Part shown: positions 1 through 10,832 of the stretch, one piece after another
Numbering within the stretch: the stretch's first letter is position 1
Layout of the letters: every line of letters starts with the position of its first letter
Assembly (NCBI GenBank): GCA_965218795.1
Contig: OZ244653.1
Location: 1,568,001 to 1,632,000 of the forward strand
Source: a bacterium
GTDB taxonomy: Bacteria; UBA8248; JACPRG01; G963555815
DNA length: 64,000 bases
Direction: 5' to 3'
The notes under the pieces: generated by a model
Databases searched by the model: none
Told to the model about the DNA's origin: nothing
Seen by the model: only the letters and a program-made list of their open reading frames with translations
Translations under genes and position numbers: made by a program

Positions 1-1077
1 CGCGGGTATATCGCCGGCGGCTACCGGCGGCAATTCGAGAGCGGGCTGACCATCGCCTTCCAGAGCCGCCCCTTTCTCGAATGGCAGGTTCGGCGCCGGG
101 TGGCCGCCCTCCCCAACGTCACCGTCCTGGACCAAACCACGGTCACGTCATTGATCGCGAACGGCGATGGCCGCCTCGTCACGGGGGTGCGCGCAATCTC
201 CAAGACGGAGGACGGCCGCGAGGCGGAGATGAACGCCGACTTGGTGACAGACACCACCGGACGGGGGTCCGTCTCGCCCAAATGGCTGGAAACGCTGGGT
301 TACGCCACACCGGAGGAAAACGCCGTCCGAATCGGCCTGGCTTATACGACCCGGGTCTACCGCCGGCGGCCGGGGGACCTCTCCGGCGCGGAGATGGTGC
401 TGATTTCGCCCGCGCCGCCGCACAACAAGCGCCTGGGCCTCTTCGTCCCCATGGAGGATGACCGCTGGAATATATCGCTTGCCGGGTGGGCAGGCGACCA
501 CGCGCCCTCGGACGAAGCGGGTTTCCTCGAATACGCGCGCAGCCTGGCCGCCCCGGACATCTTCAACGTGATCCCCCGTCTCGAGCCGCTGACCGACTTC
601 ATCACCCATAAGTTTCCGTCCAACCTGCGCTACCACTATGAAAGGCTGACCCGTTTTCCCGAGGGCTTTCTCGTTCTGGGGGACGCGCTCTGTTGTCTCA
701 ATCCGGTGTACGGACAGGGTATGACCTCAGCGGCTATGCAGGCGGCGGCGCTCGACGAATCCCTGAGCTGTTGCGGGTCGTTGGACGGATTGTGGCGGAC
801 CTATTTCCGGCGGGCGGCCAAAGCAGTTGACATCCCTTGGCGAGCGGCGGTGGGCAACGATTTTCTTTTCTCGGAGACCGAGGGCGAAAAACCTCCCGGC
901 ACCGACCCACGAAACGCCTACCTCGCCCGGGTCCAGCGGGCGACGCACCATGACACCGAAGTGTACGGCGCGGCATTGGAAGTCTACAGTCTCATGGCCC
1001 CGGTCACGAGACTCTTCCAACTGCCTGTCCTATGCCGGGTGCTTGGGAGCCCATCGGAGGCTGGTCATGAATCCTGA
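1..1077 (+). CDS. FAD-dependent oxidoreductase/monooxygenase (5'-partial)
   Basis: Frame is open from base 1; DTTGRGS and GDALCCLNPVYGQGMT flavoprotein monooxygenase motifs. Confidence 0.85.
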   Translation, partial: RGYIAGGYRRQFESGLTIAFQSRPFLEWQVRRRVAALPNVTVLDQTTVTSLIANGDGRLVTGVRAISKTEDGREAEMNADLVTDTTGRGSVSPKWLETLGYATPEENAVRIGLAYTTRVYRRRPGDLSGAEMVLISPAPPHNKRLGLFVPMEDDRWNISLAGWAGDHAPSDEAGFLEYARSLAAPDIFNVIPRLEPLTDFITHKFPSNLRYHYERLTRFPEGFLVLGDALCCLNPVYGQGMTSAAMQAAALDESLSCCGSLDGLWRTYFRRAAKAVDIPWRAAVGNDFLFSETEGEKPPGTDPRNAYLARVQRATHHDTEVYGAALEVYSLMAPVTRLFQLPVLCRVLGSPSEAGHES

Positions 1078-1131
1078 CCACAACCTCCAGCCGGCCGGCC
1101 TTCACCGAGTCGAACGAGAGCATTCCGGCCT

Positions 1132-2133
1132 TTAATCGATCAGCTTCTTCGCCAGGTTCGGCACCTTGAGCTTGCCGCTCTTGATCTCCGCCTCAATGGC
1201 CCGGACCTTTTTGGCGACGTTCGAAGGCACTTTACCGTTGAAACGCGCCAGCGAAGCGCCGCCTTCCGGCACTCCAACCAGGTAGACCTTCTTGGCCTTG
1301 CCCTTCCGCAGGTCAAGCACGATCTTCTTCATAGCGGCGTGCCAAAGGTAGAGCGAACTGCTGATCACGGTGTCGGGCGCCATCCGGTTCAGGTCCATGA
1401 ACGTCCCGATGGCGAACTTGCCCTTTTCCTCCGCGGCCCGGATTCCACCGAAACCCATAGGCGTCGCGGTCACCTGGACGACGTCCACTCCCTGGTCGAT
1501 CATGGCGATTGTCGCTTCCTTCGCCTTGGAGGCGTCCATCCAGTCGTTGACGAAAATCGCTGACACCATGACGCAGGGGTTCACGCTCCGGGCGCCCAGC
1601 TTGTAGCCGTTGAACGTTTTGATCTGCGACGGGATGGGGAATCCGCCGATGATGCCGATCTTCCCGGACTTGCTCATGAGGGTGGCCAGGACGCCGCCCA
1701 GGTAGCCCGTCTCGTGCCCCTCGACGAGATAGGTCACTACGTTGGGCCGGCTCTGGGTCTTGAAGAAGCCCGCAATCGCGAAGGTGATATCGGGGAAATC
1801 CTTGGCGACCTTCAGAGCCGGCTCCCCCCACTCATAACCGTGTCCGAAGATGAGGTTATACCCGGCATTGGCCCAGTGACGGAGCGCGCGCTCGAGATCG
1901 GCCATCTTGACGCGCTCCTGGGTCGTGACCTCGGCTACACCCGGGTCTTGCTTGAGCTTCAACGCCCCACGGTACCCTCCTTCGTACCAGCCCATGTCGT
2001 TCTGCGGGCCGTTGTTGCCGAGGGCGACGCGGATCTTCTTGGCCGCCGCCGCGGGACCGGCCATGAAACCCGCCACAACCGCTACTGTCAGAAAGATTCT
2101 TGAAATCGATCGCCAAATGCGCATGGTGTTCAT
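1132..2133 (-). CDS. BMP family ABC transporter substrate-binding protein
   Basis: Signal peptide; GYNLIFGHG, GYLGGVLA, KIGIIGG BMP motifs; AAGGAGG RBS before ATG at 2133. Confidence 0.85.
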   Translation of the reverse strand: MNTMRIWRSISRIFLTVAVVAGFMAGPAAAAKKIRVALGNNGPQNDMGWYEGGYRGALKLKQDPGVAEVTTQERVKMADLERALRHWANAGYNLIFGHGYEWGEPALKVAKDFPDITFAIAGFFKTQSRPNVVTYLVEGHETGYLGGVLATLMSKSGKIGIIGGFPIPSQIKTFNGYKLGARSVNPCVMVSAIFVNDWMDASKAKEATIAMIDQGVDVVQVTATPMGFGGIRAAEEKGKFAIGTFMDLNRMAPDTVISSSLYLWHAAMKKIVLDLRKGKAKKVYLVGVPEGGASLARFNGKVPSNVAKKVRAIEAEIKSGKLKVPNLAKKLID

Positions 2134-2589
2134 GATTGCCTCCTTTTCCGGGCACTTGAACCTTTCAGGTCTACAAGTCTGACGTTTTGCAAGACGCCTG
2201 GTCTTCCCGGCGGGTGGATCATTCTTCACCCCTGCATACGCGATGCAAAGGGTCGCCGGAAATCAGTCCTGCCGGGTCTGCCCCGCCCCGGCTCATGCAG
2301 TTCAGATTCCACATCAGCCAGAAACCCGAACCAAGTCATTCAACCACGAACCTCCAAACCTTGATGAGGTCCCTGGTGTTCTCATAGGGGAACAGGACTT
2401 GGAAATTCGATTTATACGCTGTTCCGCAACGCTAACAAGTCGCCAAATAACTGTCAACAGAGATTGTGGGGGCAAAGCGACGCGGTTGGTTTCGTGATGT
2501 GGAGAAGCGGGGGGAATGAAGGGGGAGAGGAGGCGTCACGGGAATTCGACCGCTCCTTCCGGCCCGTCCCTGTTGAGAGCTTCCCGGAG

Positions 2590-3180
2590 TTACAAGCCGG
2601 TTCGAAAGTACGTCATGATGACGATGATGCCAATCTGCATCACGCCCTGGGAAGCGACCACCCGTACATACGTCCGCATCCAGCGGCCGATCTTCGTCAT
2701 ATCGGGATCTGGCTTTCGCATCTCGAAGAGAACCAGGAGGTTCAGCGGCATCAGAAGCCCGAATCCCTGAATCTTGAGCACAACGACGACAGCCAGGGCC
2801 GCAATGACCCACCCGAATTGGGGGTACGGGAGGGAGAAGTATCCCATCCGGCTCGCCATGAACCAACCTGATGTGGTCGCCACGATGGCCAGGGTCGGCA
2901 TCAAAAAGAGCATGGGCGGCATCAGGCGGGTGATGAAACCCTTCCGGGCCTTCAGGTCCATTTGCCTCAGAATGGGTCCGATAATGAATCCCATGAAGAG
3001 ATCGATACCCGTCCAGAGGAGACCCGAGAACACGTGGACGAAGTTGAGGAGCGAGATGCGGGGGAACTCGATGGCGACAACCATGAAGCCTATCGCTCCC
3101 AATGACCACCAGAGATAGCGAAACTGGACAATAGGAAGCGCTTCGGCGGACAGGTCAAATGCGTTCGTTTGGTTGCTCAC
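2590..3180 (-). CDS. Hypothetical integral membrane protein
   Basis: Several hydrophobic helices; HVFSGLLWTGIDLFMG motif; start uncertain (GTG at 3180 with purine-rich RBS, ORF extends to 3291). Confidence 0.7.
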   Translation of the reverse strand: MSNQTNAFDLSAEALPIVQFRYLWWSLGAIGFMVVAIEFPRISLLNFVHVFSGLLWTGIDLFMGFIIGPILRQMDLKARKGFITRLMPPMLFLMPTLAIVATTSGWFMASRMGYFSLPYPQFGWVIAALAVVVVLKIQGFGLLMPLNLLVLFEMRKPDPDMTKIGRWMRTYVRVVASQGVMQIGIIVIMTYFRTGL

Positions 3181-3337
3181 CGGAATCTTCTTCCTTCCAA
3201 TATCGAGCCGACCCAGAGGGTCATCATACCAGACCCAGGGAAGGATTGAAGCGGATTGTCGGGCTGATTCGGATGCCCGCAGGACCTCCATCGGTTCAGT
3301 CGGGTGCTAGACTGGGCAGGAAGAGTCATCAGGAAAG

Positions 3338-4264
3338 GTGACCGGGTCAAACGGTCCTGTGAAGATCAAAAGTCAATCTCTCGAGGAGGTCGTCGTGGAA
3401 GAGGTCGCGAAGGGGGTATTCGCCGAGACGGGCTATTTCGGGTGCAACCCGGGCATCATTGTGACCCCGGACGGAGTGGTCATGGTGGATACGCCGCAAA
3501 AGCCGACCGACTGGCCGGGTTGGAAGGAGGCGATTGAAGCGCGCGGTCGGGTCAGATGGCTCATCAACACCGAATGTCACTGGGACCACACGATGGGCAA
3601 CCCGCATTACGACGGCATCATCGTCGCGCATGACGCCACCTACCGGGATTTCTTCAACGTTTCCTCCATGTGGGGGTTCGGCATCGACGGCGTCCAGCCC
3701 TGGATCGATCAAACCGACCCTGAGGGCGTATCCATCGCGGGCGACTACAAGCCCCGCGAGCCCGAGGTCACCTTCTCCCGCGACATGACCCTCCACGTTG
3801 GCGGGCTGGAGATCCGGCTCCTCCACACGCCCGGACACACCGAGGGGCAGGCAGTGGTCTACGTCCCCGAACGGGGCGTCCTGTTTGCGACCGACAACCT
3901 GTTCGTCGAGTTCCTCCCCTGGTTCCACGACTCCGATCCCTTCGATTGGCTCACGTCCCTGGGCCGTCTCAAGACCCTGGACCTCGACCGGATCGTTCCC
4001 GGCCACGGCCCGGTCTGCGGGAAAGAAGCCATCGATCACATGGAGGAGAAGATCCACGGGGTGCTCGGCCGCGTGCGCCATGCGATCGCTCACGGCCTGA
4101 CGGAAGAAGAGGCCGCCGCAACCGTGAAGTTTTTGGACCTCTGCGTCCAAGACAAGAATTACAAGGACATACGGAACGATATCGAAGCCGCGAGCGTCCG
4201 GCGCATCTACCGGATTCTGAAAGAAAAAGAATCAGAGGCCCCTCCCCCCAGGGCGCAAGGATAA
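3338..4264 (+). CDS. MBL-fold metallo-hydrolase (cyclase-like)
   Basis: TECHWDHTMGN, PGHT, ATD and VPGHG metal-binding motifs. Confidence 0.85.
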   Translation: MTGSNGPVKIKSQSLEEVVVEEVAKGVFAETGYFGCNPGIIVTPDGVVMVDTPQKPTDWPGWKEAIEARGRVRWLINTECHWDHTMGNPHYDGIIVAHDATYRDFFNVSSMWGFGIDGVQPWIDQTDPEGVSIAGDYKPREPEVTFSRDMTLHVGGLEIRLLHTPGHTEGQAVVYVPERGVLFATDNLFVEFLPWFHDSDPFDWLTSLGRLKTLDLDRIVPGHGPVCGKEAIDHMEEKIHGVLGRVRHAIAHGLTEEEAAATVKFLDLCVQDKNYKDIRNDIEAASVRRIYRILKEKESEAPPPRAQG

Positions 4265-4269
4265 ATGGC

Positions 4270-5670
4270 ATGACTCCCGTCCAACCCATCACCCAAGACT
4301 TACGGGGATTCGTTGAATTCCTCGAAGAGCGGCACCCGGAGGAGGTCGTCCGGATTCGGAAAGAGGTCGATCCGGTCTTCGGCGTCAGCCGCATTCTCGA
4401 CCGACTGGAAAAGGACGGCGAGTTCCCGCTCGTGATCTTCGAGAAGCTGAAAGGCTCATCCATGCCGCTGATCGCGAACATGCACGCCAGCGTCAGCCGG
4501 CTTCAGCTTGCCCTGGGCCTGAAAAAGGGCCCGGTCAAGGAATTCCTCGATGAGTTTCACCGGCGGGAATCCAATCCCATCCCTCCCGAAATGGTCGAAA
4601 CGGGACCGGTCAAGGAGGTCGTCAAGACCGGCGGCGAGGTGGATCTCGCCGAGATACCGGCCTGCATGTATCACGAGAAGGATGCCGGGAAGTACATTAC
4701 GGCCGGGCTGTGCCTGACGCGCGATCCCGATTCAGGCGTGAACAACATCGGGGTCTACCGCCTGATGGTCAAAGACCGAAACCGGCTCGGCATCCAGATA
4801 TCCGAGACCGCCCACGGCCATTACATCTGGAAGAAATTCGAGAACAAGGGTCTGCCCTGCCCCATGGCGATCATCGTGGGCCATCACCCCGCCTTCTACA
4901 TGGGTTCCCTGACCTACATGCCGCCCGATACGGATGAACTCGAGATTGCGGGAGGAATCCTGCAAAGGCCGGTTCAGCTCGTGAGGTGCGAAACGATTCC
5001 GCTGGAAGTGCCGGCCGACTCGGAGATCGTCCTGGAGTGCGAGATCATCCCCCACATCCGGGAAGAGGAGGCGCCCTTCGGGGAATACCCGGGCACCTAC
5101 GGCCCGATGCGGATGAACCCCGTGCTCGAGGTCAAGGCGATCACCCACCGGCGGGACCCCCTCTATCAAAACGCCTTTGTCGCGCATCCGGACAACCTGC
5201 TGGTGAACGGCGTGATCCGGGCGACGGTCATCGAGAACAATGTGAAAATCGCCTGCCCGACGGTGCGCGCGGCCCACATGCCCCGCGCGGGACGGTTCCG
5301 CTTCATGTGCTATGTGGCGATAGAGAAGATGATCGAGGGTGAGGGGAAGCAGGCGGCCATGGCGGCCTTTGTGACGGACCCCCATCTGAAGTTCGTCGTT
5401 GTGGTGGATCACGACGTGGACATCACCAACGACACCGAGGTCTTGCACGCCATCGCCACGCGGGTGCGGGGCGATACCGATATCTTCATCGTTCCCTACG
5501 CCAAGGGGTCGCCGCTGGACCCGGCGTCCATCGATCCGGTGGGCGGCTCGCACCTGGTGACGAAGGTCGGCATCGACGCCACCCGGAAATCCAACTACCC
5601 GGAGGAGATCTCCGTCCCCGGCTCAGACAGTATCAACCTGAAGGAATTCATCGAGGGCTATGAGGCGTAG
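4270..5670 (+). CDS. UbiD family (prFMN-dependent) decarboxylase
   Basis: DLRGFVEFLE N-terminus, EAPFGEYPG, VVVDHDVDI, LDP and KVGIDAT motifs. Confidence 0.92.
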   Translation: MTPVQPITQDLRGFVEFLEERHPEEVVRIRKEVDPVFGVSRILDRLEKDGEFPLVIFEKLKGSSMPLIANMHASVSRLQLALGLKKGPVKEFLDEFHRRESNPIPPEMVETGPVKEVVKTGGEVDLAEIPACMYHEKDAGKYITAGLCLTRDPDSGVNNIGVYRLMVKDRNRLGIQISETAHGHYIWKKFENKGLPCPMAIIVGHHPAFYMGSLTYMPPDTDELEIAGGILQRPVQLVRCETIPLEVPADSEIVLECEIIPHIREEEAPFGEYPGTYGPMRMNPVLEVKAITHRRDPLYQNAFVAHPDNLLVNGVIRATVIENNVKIACPTVRAAHMPRAGRFRFMCYVAIEKMIEGEGKQAAMAAFVTDPHLKFVVVVDHDVDITNDTEVLHAIATRVRGDTDIFIVPYAKGSPLDPASIDPVGGSHLVTKVGIDATRKSNYPEEISVPGSDSINLKEFIEGYEA

Positions 5671-6018
5671 GTGGAATTGACGATCCTCCACCATGGGGAA
5701 AGCATGGAAAATCAAGCCAAAGCCCGGCAGAGAATTTTGCGGCTGAATCGTCTTCGAACGTTGACCGACGTTGTCCACGGGATCGTCTTATGGCGCCTGT
5801 TCGTGCTGATCCCGAAGCCCGGGGATGTGGATTTCGCATAGGATTCGATTTCTTCCAGACTGAACGCTCCGGTCGTGGCGATCGCGGGCGTCCTCGACAC
5901 GATCATTTCAACCCTCTCATTCAGTCACGGAACCGGGAAACATGAATCACTCCGGCCGGACCGGCGCCCGCCCCCGTTCCGAGGCAGGCTTCGGGATGAC
6001 AGGCCACCCGAATCCCTT

Positions 6019-7125
6019 TCAGGTTCTCACCCCGGATATCGGCCCCGTCCTACGCCCCTTGATCACGACCTTCAGCGCCTTCTTGCCCATCATGCTGCGG
6101 AGGGCTTCCTCGACCTCGTCGATGGGCCGCTCACCGAAGAGCAGCAGTTCGGCGGCGAATGCCGGATCGGACAGCATCTCCAGGGCCCGGCGCACCGTGG
6201 CCGGGCGGTGATGGTAAACGCCCTTCACCGTGATCTCACTGTAATGCACCCAGCCGGGGTCGAGGTTCACCGTGGAATCGGCCGGGAGGCCGCCGAACAG
6301 GCAGACGAGCCCGCCGGGCTTCACGGATACAATCGCATCCTCCCACACGGCCGGCGCACCCGTGCACTCGATCGCAACGTCGGCGCCCTGACCGCCGCCC
6401 GTTCGGGCCTTGACCGTCTCCGCCCAGTCGTCGCCGCGCTCGATCTCGACGGTCTCATCCGCCCCGAGCTTCCGTCCCACTTCAAGCCTCGGACGGTTGA
6501 GGTCGGTCAATACCACCCGGTGGCCCGCCCGCTTGAGCGCGGCCGTATGGAGGAGACCGATCGGGCCCGCTCCGCAGACGACGACCTCGGCGGCCTCCGC
6601 GCCGTCGCGGGCATCGAGGCCGCACGCCTCCAGGCCGTGGAGCACGCAGGCGAGCGGTTCGGCGAGCGCCGCCTTCTCGAAGCCGAGTCCGGCCGGGATG
6701 CGGTGGACGCTGGTGCGAACGAAGCGCTCGGGAACGAGGAGGTATTCGGCGAACGCGCCGTTGAGGTATTGCAGGTCCGAACAAAGATTCTCGCGGTTCG
6801 CGCGGCAGTACGCGCATTCCCGGCACGGCGCGGAGTTCGCGACCGCCACCGCATCGCCGGCCTTGAAACCGTCCACGCCCGCGCCCACCGCGGCAATCGT
6901 TCCCGCCATCTCATGGCCGAACAGCGTGGGCACTTTCAGCATCCGGCGGTGGCCGCCCGCGCGGTACACCTTGACGTCCGTGCCGCAGGTCGTGGCCGCC
7001 TCGATGCGCAGGAGGAACTCTCCCTGGCCGGGCGGCTCCACCGGGACGTCGCGAATCTCGATTCGTTCGGGTCCGAGGAGCATGGCCGCGCGCATGGAAT
7101 TTGGGATTTCGGCGGAAGCGCGCAT
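6019..7125 (-). CDS. Zinc-binding alcohol/polyol dehydrogenase (MDR family)
   Basis: CGTD, GHE, CxxCxxC-x7-C and GAGPIG motifs. Confidence 0.9.
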   Translation of the reverse strand: MRASAEIPNSMRAAMLLGPERIEIRDVPVEPPGQGEFLLRIEAATTCGTDVKVYRAGGHRRMLKVPTLFGHEMAGTIAAVGAGVDGFKAGDAVAVANSAPCRECAYCRANRENLCSDLQYLNGAFAEYLLVPERFVRTSVHRIPAGLGFEKAALAEPLACVLHGLEACGLDARDGAEAAEVVVCGAGPIGLLHTAALKRAGHRVVLTDLNRPRLEVGRKLGADETVEIERGDDWAETVKARTGGGQGADVAIECTGAPAVWEDAIVSVKPGGLVCLFGGLPADSTVNLDPGWVHYSEITVKGVYHHRPATVRRALEMLSDPAFAAELLLFGERPIDEVEEALRSMMGKKALKVVIKGRRTGPISGVRT

Positions 7126-8213
7126 CAGTCGGCCCCGGCGCCGGGCAAGGGTGAGAAGAGCACTTTGAGCGCCTGCCTCGTTTTCGCGAGCTCCACGCCG
7201 CGCTCGAATTCGTCCAGGGGCAGACGGTGGGTGACGAGCGGAGCGGGATCGAGCTTCCCTTCGGTCAAGAGCCGGAAAATCTCCGCCTGCTCGGCGATGC
7301 CGCCGGAGTAGGTGCCGATCACCCGGCGCTCGCGCTTGAACAACTCGTTGATCTCGAAATCGGCCAGCCCGCCGCCCGAGGCGCTTCCCGCGTCCGGGGC
7401 GTGGGCGAACAGGACGACCGCCCCCCCTGCCCGCGTGAGGTCGAGTCCGTCGCTGAGCGGCTTGGCCCCGCCCACGGTATCGAAAACCGTCTCCGCGCCC
7501 AGGCCGCCGGTCGCGGTCTTGATTGCGCCGGCCGCTTCATCGGGTGCGACCGCTTGATCGGCCCCCAAACGCAAGGCTTGCCCGCGCCGCTCTTCGACCG
7601 GGTCGGACACGACCACGCAGAGGTCCGGCCACAGGGCCTTCAGGACCAGCAGGTGGAGCAGGCCCATGCTGCCCGCCCCGAGGATGAGCGTGGCGCCGAC
7701 GCCGCCGGGGGCCGCCTTGCGAATCCCGCGCAGCACGCAGGCCGCGGGCTCCATGAATACGGCGGCCTCGTCGGGGAGGCCGTCGGGGAGCGCGCGCGCG
7801 GCCAGTTCCTGGGCGCGCGGGCGAACCAGGATGCGCTCGGCGAATCCGCCGGGCTCGAGGAGGCTTTCCCGAAAGACGGCGCACATGGTCTCCGCGCCGC
7901 GCCGGCAGAGTTCGCACGCGCCGCACGGCGCGTGATGGGGCACGGCCACACGGTCGCCGTCCTCGAATCGCGTGACCCCTCTCCCCCGGCCGACCACCTC
8001 GCCCACGAGCTCGTGGCCGAGCACCTGGCCGGGCGTTGCCGTACCGGTATCGAGCTTGAAGAGATCCGTGCCGCAGAGGCCCGCCACGCGCAGGCGGAGG
8101 AGGATTTCCCCGTCGCCCGGCGTCGGCACCGGCCGCTCTTCGATCACCGTCCGGCCGCCGCCCCGGCAGGCTACGACGCGGTGGGTCTGGAGGATCTTTC
8201 CGCTCATCATCAA
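7125..8213 (-). CDS. Zinc-binding alcohol/polyol dehydrogenase (MDR family), paralog
   Basis: CGTD, GHE, CxxCxxC-x7-C and GAGSMG motifs; stop overlaps the next start. Confidence 0.9.
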   Translation of the reverse strand: MMMSGKILQTHRVVACRGGGRTVIEERPVPTPGDGEILLRLRVAGLCGTDLFKLDTGTATPGQVLGHELVGEVVGRGRGVTRFEDGDRVAVPHHAPCGACELCRRGAETMCAVFRESLLEPGGFAERILVRPRAQELAARALPDGLPDEAAVFMEPAACVLRGIRKAAPGGVGATLILGAGSMGLLHLLVLKALWPDLCVVVSDPVEERRGQALRLGADQAVAPDEAAGAIKTATGGLGAETVFDTVGGAKPLSDGLDLTRAGGAVVLFAHAPDAGSASGGGLADFEINELFKRERRVIGTYSGGIAEQAEIFRLLTEGKLDPAPLVTHRLPLDEFERGVELAKTRQALKVLFSPLPGAGAD

Positions 8214-8215
8214 GT

Positions 8216-8448
8216 CGGCGGCAGAGTCGTCAGGTCATTGACCTGGACCGCATTCGCGCTGCTCCGATTTCACGGCCCAACAGTCGATGACTGTCAGGTC
8301 GCATGGGAACAAGCATCTTACTATGCTCCATCTTCTGTTTTTCCGCTATTACGCCGAAGGCGATGTGATCCGGGAATTGGAAGTTTTCACCTCCGCCCGG
8401 CGGCAGAGTCGCCAGGTCATTGACCTGGACCGCATTCGCGCTGCTCCG
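8216..8448. repeat. 51-bp direct repeat (8216-8266 and 8398-8448, one mismatch) containing palindrome CAGGTCA-T-TGACCTG
   Basis: cggcggcagagtcg(t/c)caggtcattgacctggaccgcattcgcgctgctccg read twice, with a 131-bp spacer. Confidence 0.9.
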
Positions 8449-9242
8449 CAACGCCCCAACCGTCTTTCGCAGGGGCTGATCACCGTCCCGGCCCTTCTTT
8501 GTCTTCCCCCCCCTGTGAATCTGAGGATTCCATGATTTTTCTCATCGGCAGGACCGATGACAAAAATCTGAATATTTGGCTTTTCGGCCCTCGCCCAAAT
8601 AATATTTCCTTATTTTTCAACGACTATTTGGGTTTGTTTGGTCCTTTTTTAATGTTTGTCGTTGGGCTTCCGAGGAAAAGAACCATCCATTTTGCCGATG
8701 TGATGGTTCAGACATGGACACCCCCAATCTCCCCCGGCCCGGATCGTTTCATATCAATATACGGCAGGATAAGCAAAAGTAAAACGAAATACTGTTTGCC
8801 GGCTCTCCTGCGTGAGGTATCTTCCCGGATCATCTGTTATCCTGAAGCGGGAATAGGGATTTCCCGGGCAGCGAGGGTTTTGAAGTCGCCGAAATATCGA
8901 ATGGAACAGTTTCAGTTCTCCCACGGGAAACCAGGCAGTCACACGGCGTTTCGTTTCCGTAAAAAGGGAACCACCCTGCAGGGGGGATCCATCCGCCCGT
9001 CAGGAATGCGGCGGCGTGGGAGCCGATGTTGGCCGAATGAAGGGCGGCCGAGGTAAAGGTCAACATCATGGATGACAGCCGGACAGGATGGGGCCGGCGA
9101 GTCCGTGCCTCGTTTCACCAACCATGCCAATGAGGTCTGCGGCGAAGGTTTTCTCCCGCTGCAACCCAGATTCAGGTACTCTCAACCAAGCCGTACAGGA
9201 CTTGTAGAAATCCAAGAAGATCGTGCCAGAAGGGGAAAGCCA

Positions 9243-10832
9243 ATGGGCAAGGTGGACGGGATCGTCATCGGCGCGGGCCACAACGGCCTCATATGCGCGG
9301 CGTACCTGGCCAAGGCGGGGCTGAGCGTGGCCGTGATCGAGCGAAACCCGGAGGTCGGAGGCGGCACCACCACCGAGGAAGTGACGCTGCCCGGCTTTCG
9401 CCACAACCTGCACTCGAACTTCTACGTCGGGTGCGCCGACGCCCCGATCTTCCGGGACCTGGACCTGGACCGTCACGGATTCTCCTTCATCCTCCCCCCG
9501 GTCCAGCGGGGGTTCGCCTTCCGGGACGAAACGTGCCTCGTGGTCCACCGCGACCCCGACCGGACCGCCGCCTCCATCGCCCGCTTCTCCGAGCGCGATG
9601 CGGAGACCTACCGCCGGCTTCACGATCAATACGCCGTCCGGATGCGACCCCTCTTGCGCTCGCTCGTCTATTCCCCGCCCCTGCCGCCGGACGAGCTCAA
9701 GAAGCGCATTCGCGGCCCGGAGGGGGAGGACCTGCTCGCCTGCTCCTCGCTCACGATGCACGAGGCGGTGGAGAAACACTTCGAGAACGAGAAGGTCCGG
9801 TGCCTCCTCAAGTTCATTATTCACTCCGCGACGGTCGAGAACGAGCCGGGGACGGGCGTGTTTTTTCCGGGCTCGGTCTCCGGTTTGCAGATGTCGGCGC
9901 TCCCGGTCGGGGGCTCCGTCCAGTTTCCCCGCGCGCTGACCCGGTGCATCGAGGCGAACGGCGGCGTGGTTCTCCGCGGGAAGACGGCCCGAAAAATCGA
10001 GCTGTCCGGGGGAGAGGCCCGGGCCGTGGTCGTGGACGACGGCGAGCGCTGGGAGGCCGACCGGTTCATCGCGAGCGCCATCGACGCCCCTCAGACCCTG
10101 AGCCTCCTGGGCGAGTCGGCTTTCCCGGAGACGGTCACCGAAAAGCTCCGCAACTGGAATTGGGGGGCCCACACGCTCTGCACCCTTCACCTCGCGCTGA
10201 ATGACCCGCCCCGGTACAGCGCGGCCTCCTTCGACCCGGACATCAACCGCGTGTTCGACGTGCACTTCGGCGCCGACAACGGACAGGAGCTCAACGAGGC
10301 CTTCGACGAGGTCCACCGGGGAGACTTTCCCGCAAGGCCCATGGGAAACGGCGCGTGCAACAGCCTGTTCGATCCCACCTACGCCCCCCAGGGCAAACAT
10401 TCGGCCTTCTGGTGGGTCTGGGCGCGCTACGACCTGAAGGAAGGGGGCGCGGAGGCCTGGGACGGGATTCGGGAGGAGGCCGCGGCGCGCCTGCTGGAGG
10501 CGTGGCGGGATTACGCCCCGAACCTCACGGATGAGAACGTCCTCAAGGCGTACGTCTACACCCCGATCGACCTCCCGAAGCGGAACCTCAACATGGTCCG
10601 GGGAAGCCAGCGGGGCGGCGGCTACTATGCGGATCAGCTCGGCGTGAATCGCCCGCATCCGCTGCTGTCGCGCTTTCACACCCCGGTACCGGGACTCTTT
10701 CTGTGCGGTTCGAGCTGCCACGGCGGCGGCATCAACGGGGGCCCCGGCTACATCGGCGCCAACGTCATTGCCGAAGCGCTCGACGTCCAGCCTTTCTGGG
10801 AGCAAATCCCGCCGCCGGAATGGAACGGGTGA
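9243..10832 (+). CDS. Phytoene desaturase family NAD(P)/FAD-dependent oxidoreductase
   Basis: IVIGAGHNGL Rossmann motif, TLPGF, TPVPGLFLCGSSCHGGGING. Confidence 0.88.
   Translation: MGKVDGIVIGAGHNGLICAAYLAKAGLSVAVIERNPEVGGGTTTEEVTLPGFRHNLHSNFYVGCADAPIFRDLDLDRHGFSFILPPVQRGFAFRDETCLVVHRDPDRTAASIARFSERDAETYRRLHDQYAVRMRPLLRSLVYSPPLPPDELKKRIRGPEGEDLLACSSLTMHEAVEKHFENEKVRCLLKFIIHSATVENEPGTGVFFPGSVSGLQMSALPVGGSVQFPRALTRCIEANGGVVLRGKTARKIELSGGEARAVVVDDGERWEADRFIASAIDAPQTLSLLGESAFPETVTEKLRNWNWGAHTLCTLHLALNDPPRYSAASFDPDINRVFDVHFGADNGQELNEAFDEVHRGDFPARPMGNGACNSLFDPTYAPQGKHSAFWWVWARYDLKEGGAEAWDGIREEAAARLLEAWRDYAPNLTDENVLKAYVYTPIDLPKRNLNMVRGSQRGGGYYADQLGVNRPHPLLSRFHTPVPGLFLCGSSCHGGGINGGPGYIGANVIAEALDVQPFWEQIPPPEWNG

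Noticed and set aside
5712-5906. 64-aa ORF between the UbiD gene and the dehydrogenases
   Set aside because: No recognisable family; may be a remnant but cannot be supported
8216-8448. Possible CRISPR mini-array
   Set aside because: Only two 51-bp units with a 131-bp spacer and no cas genes in the window
8499-9056. 185-aa ORF in the AT-rich stretch
   Set aside because: No recognisable motif and atypical composition; more likely intergenic or decayed sequence
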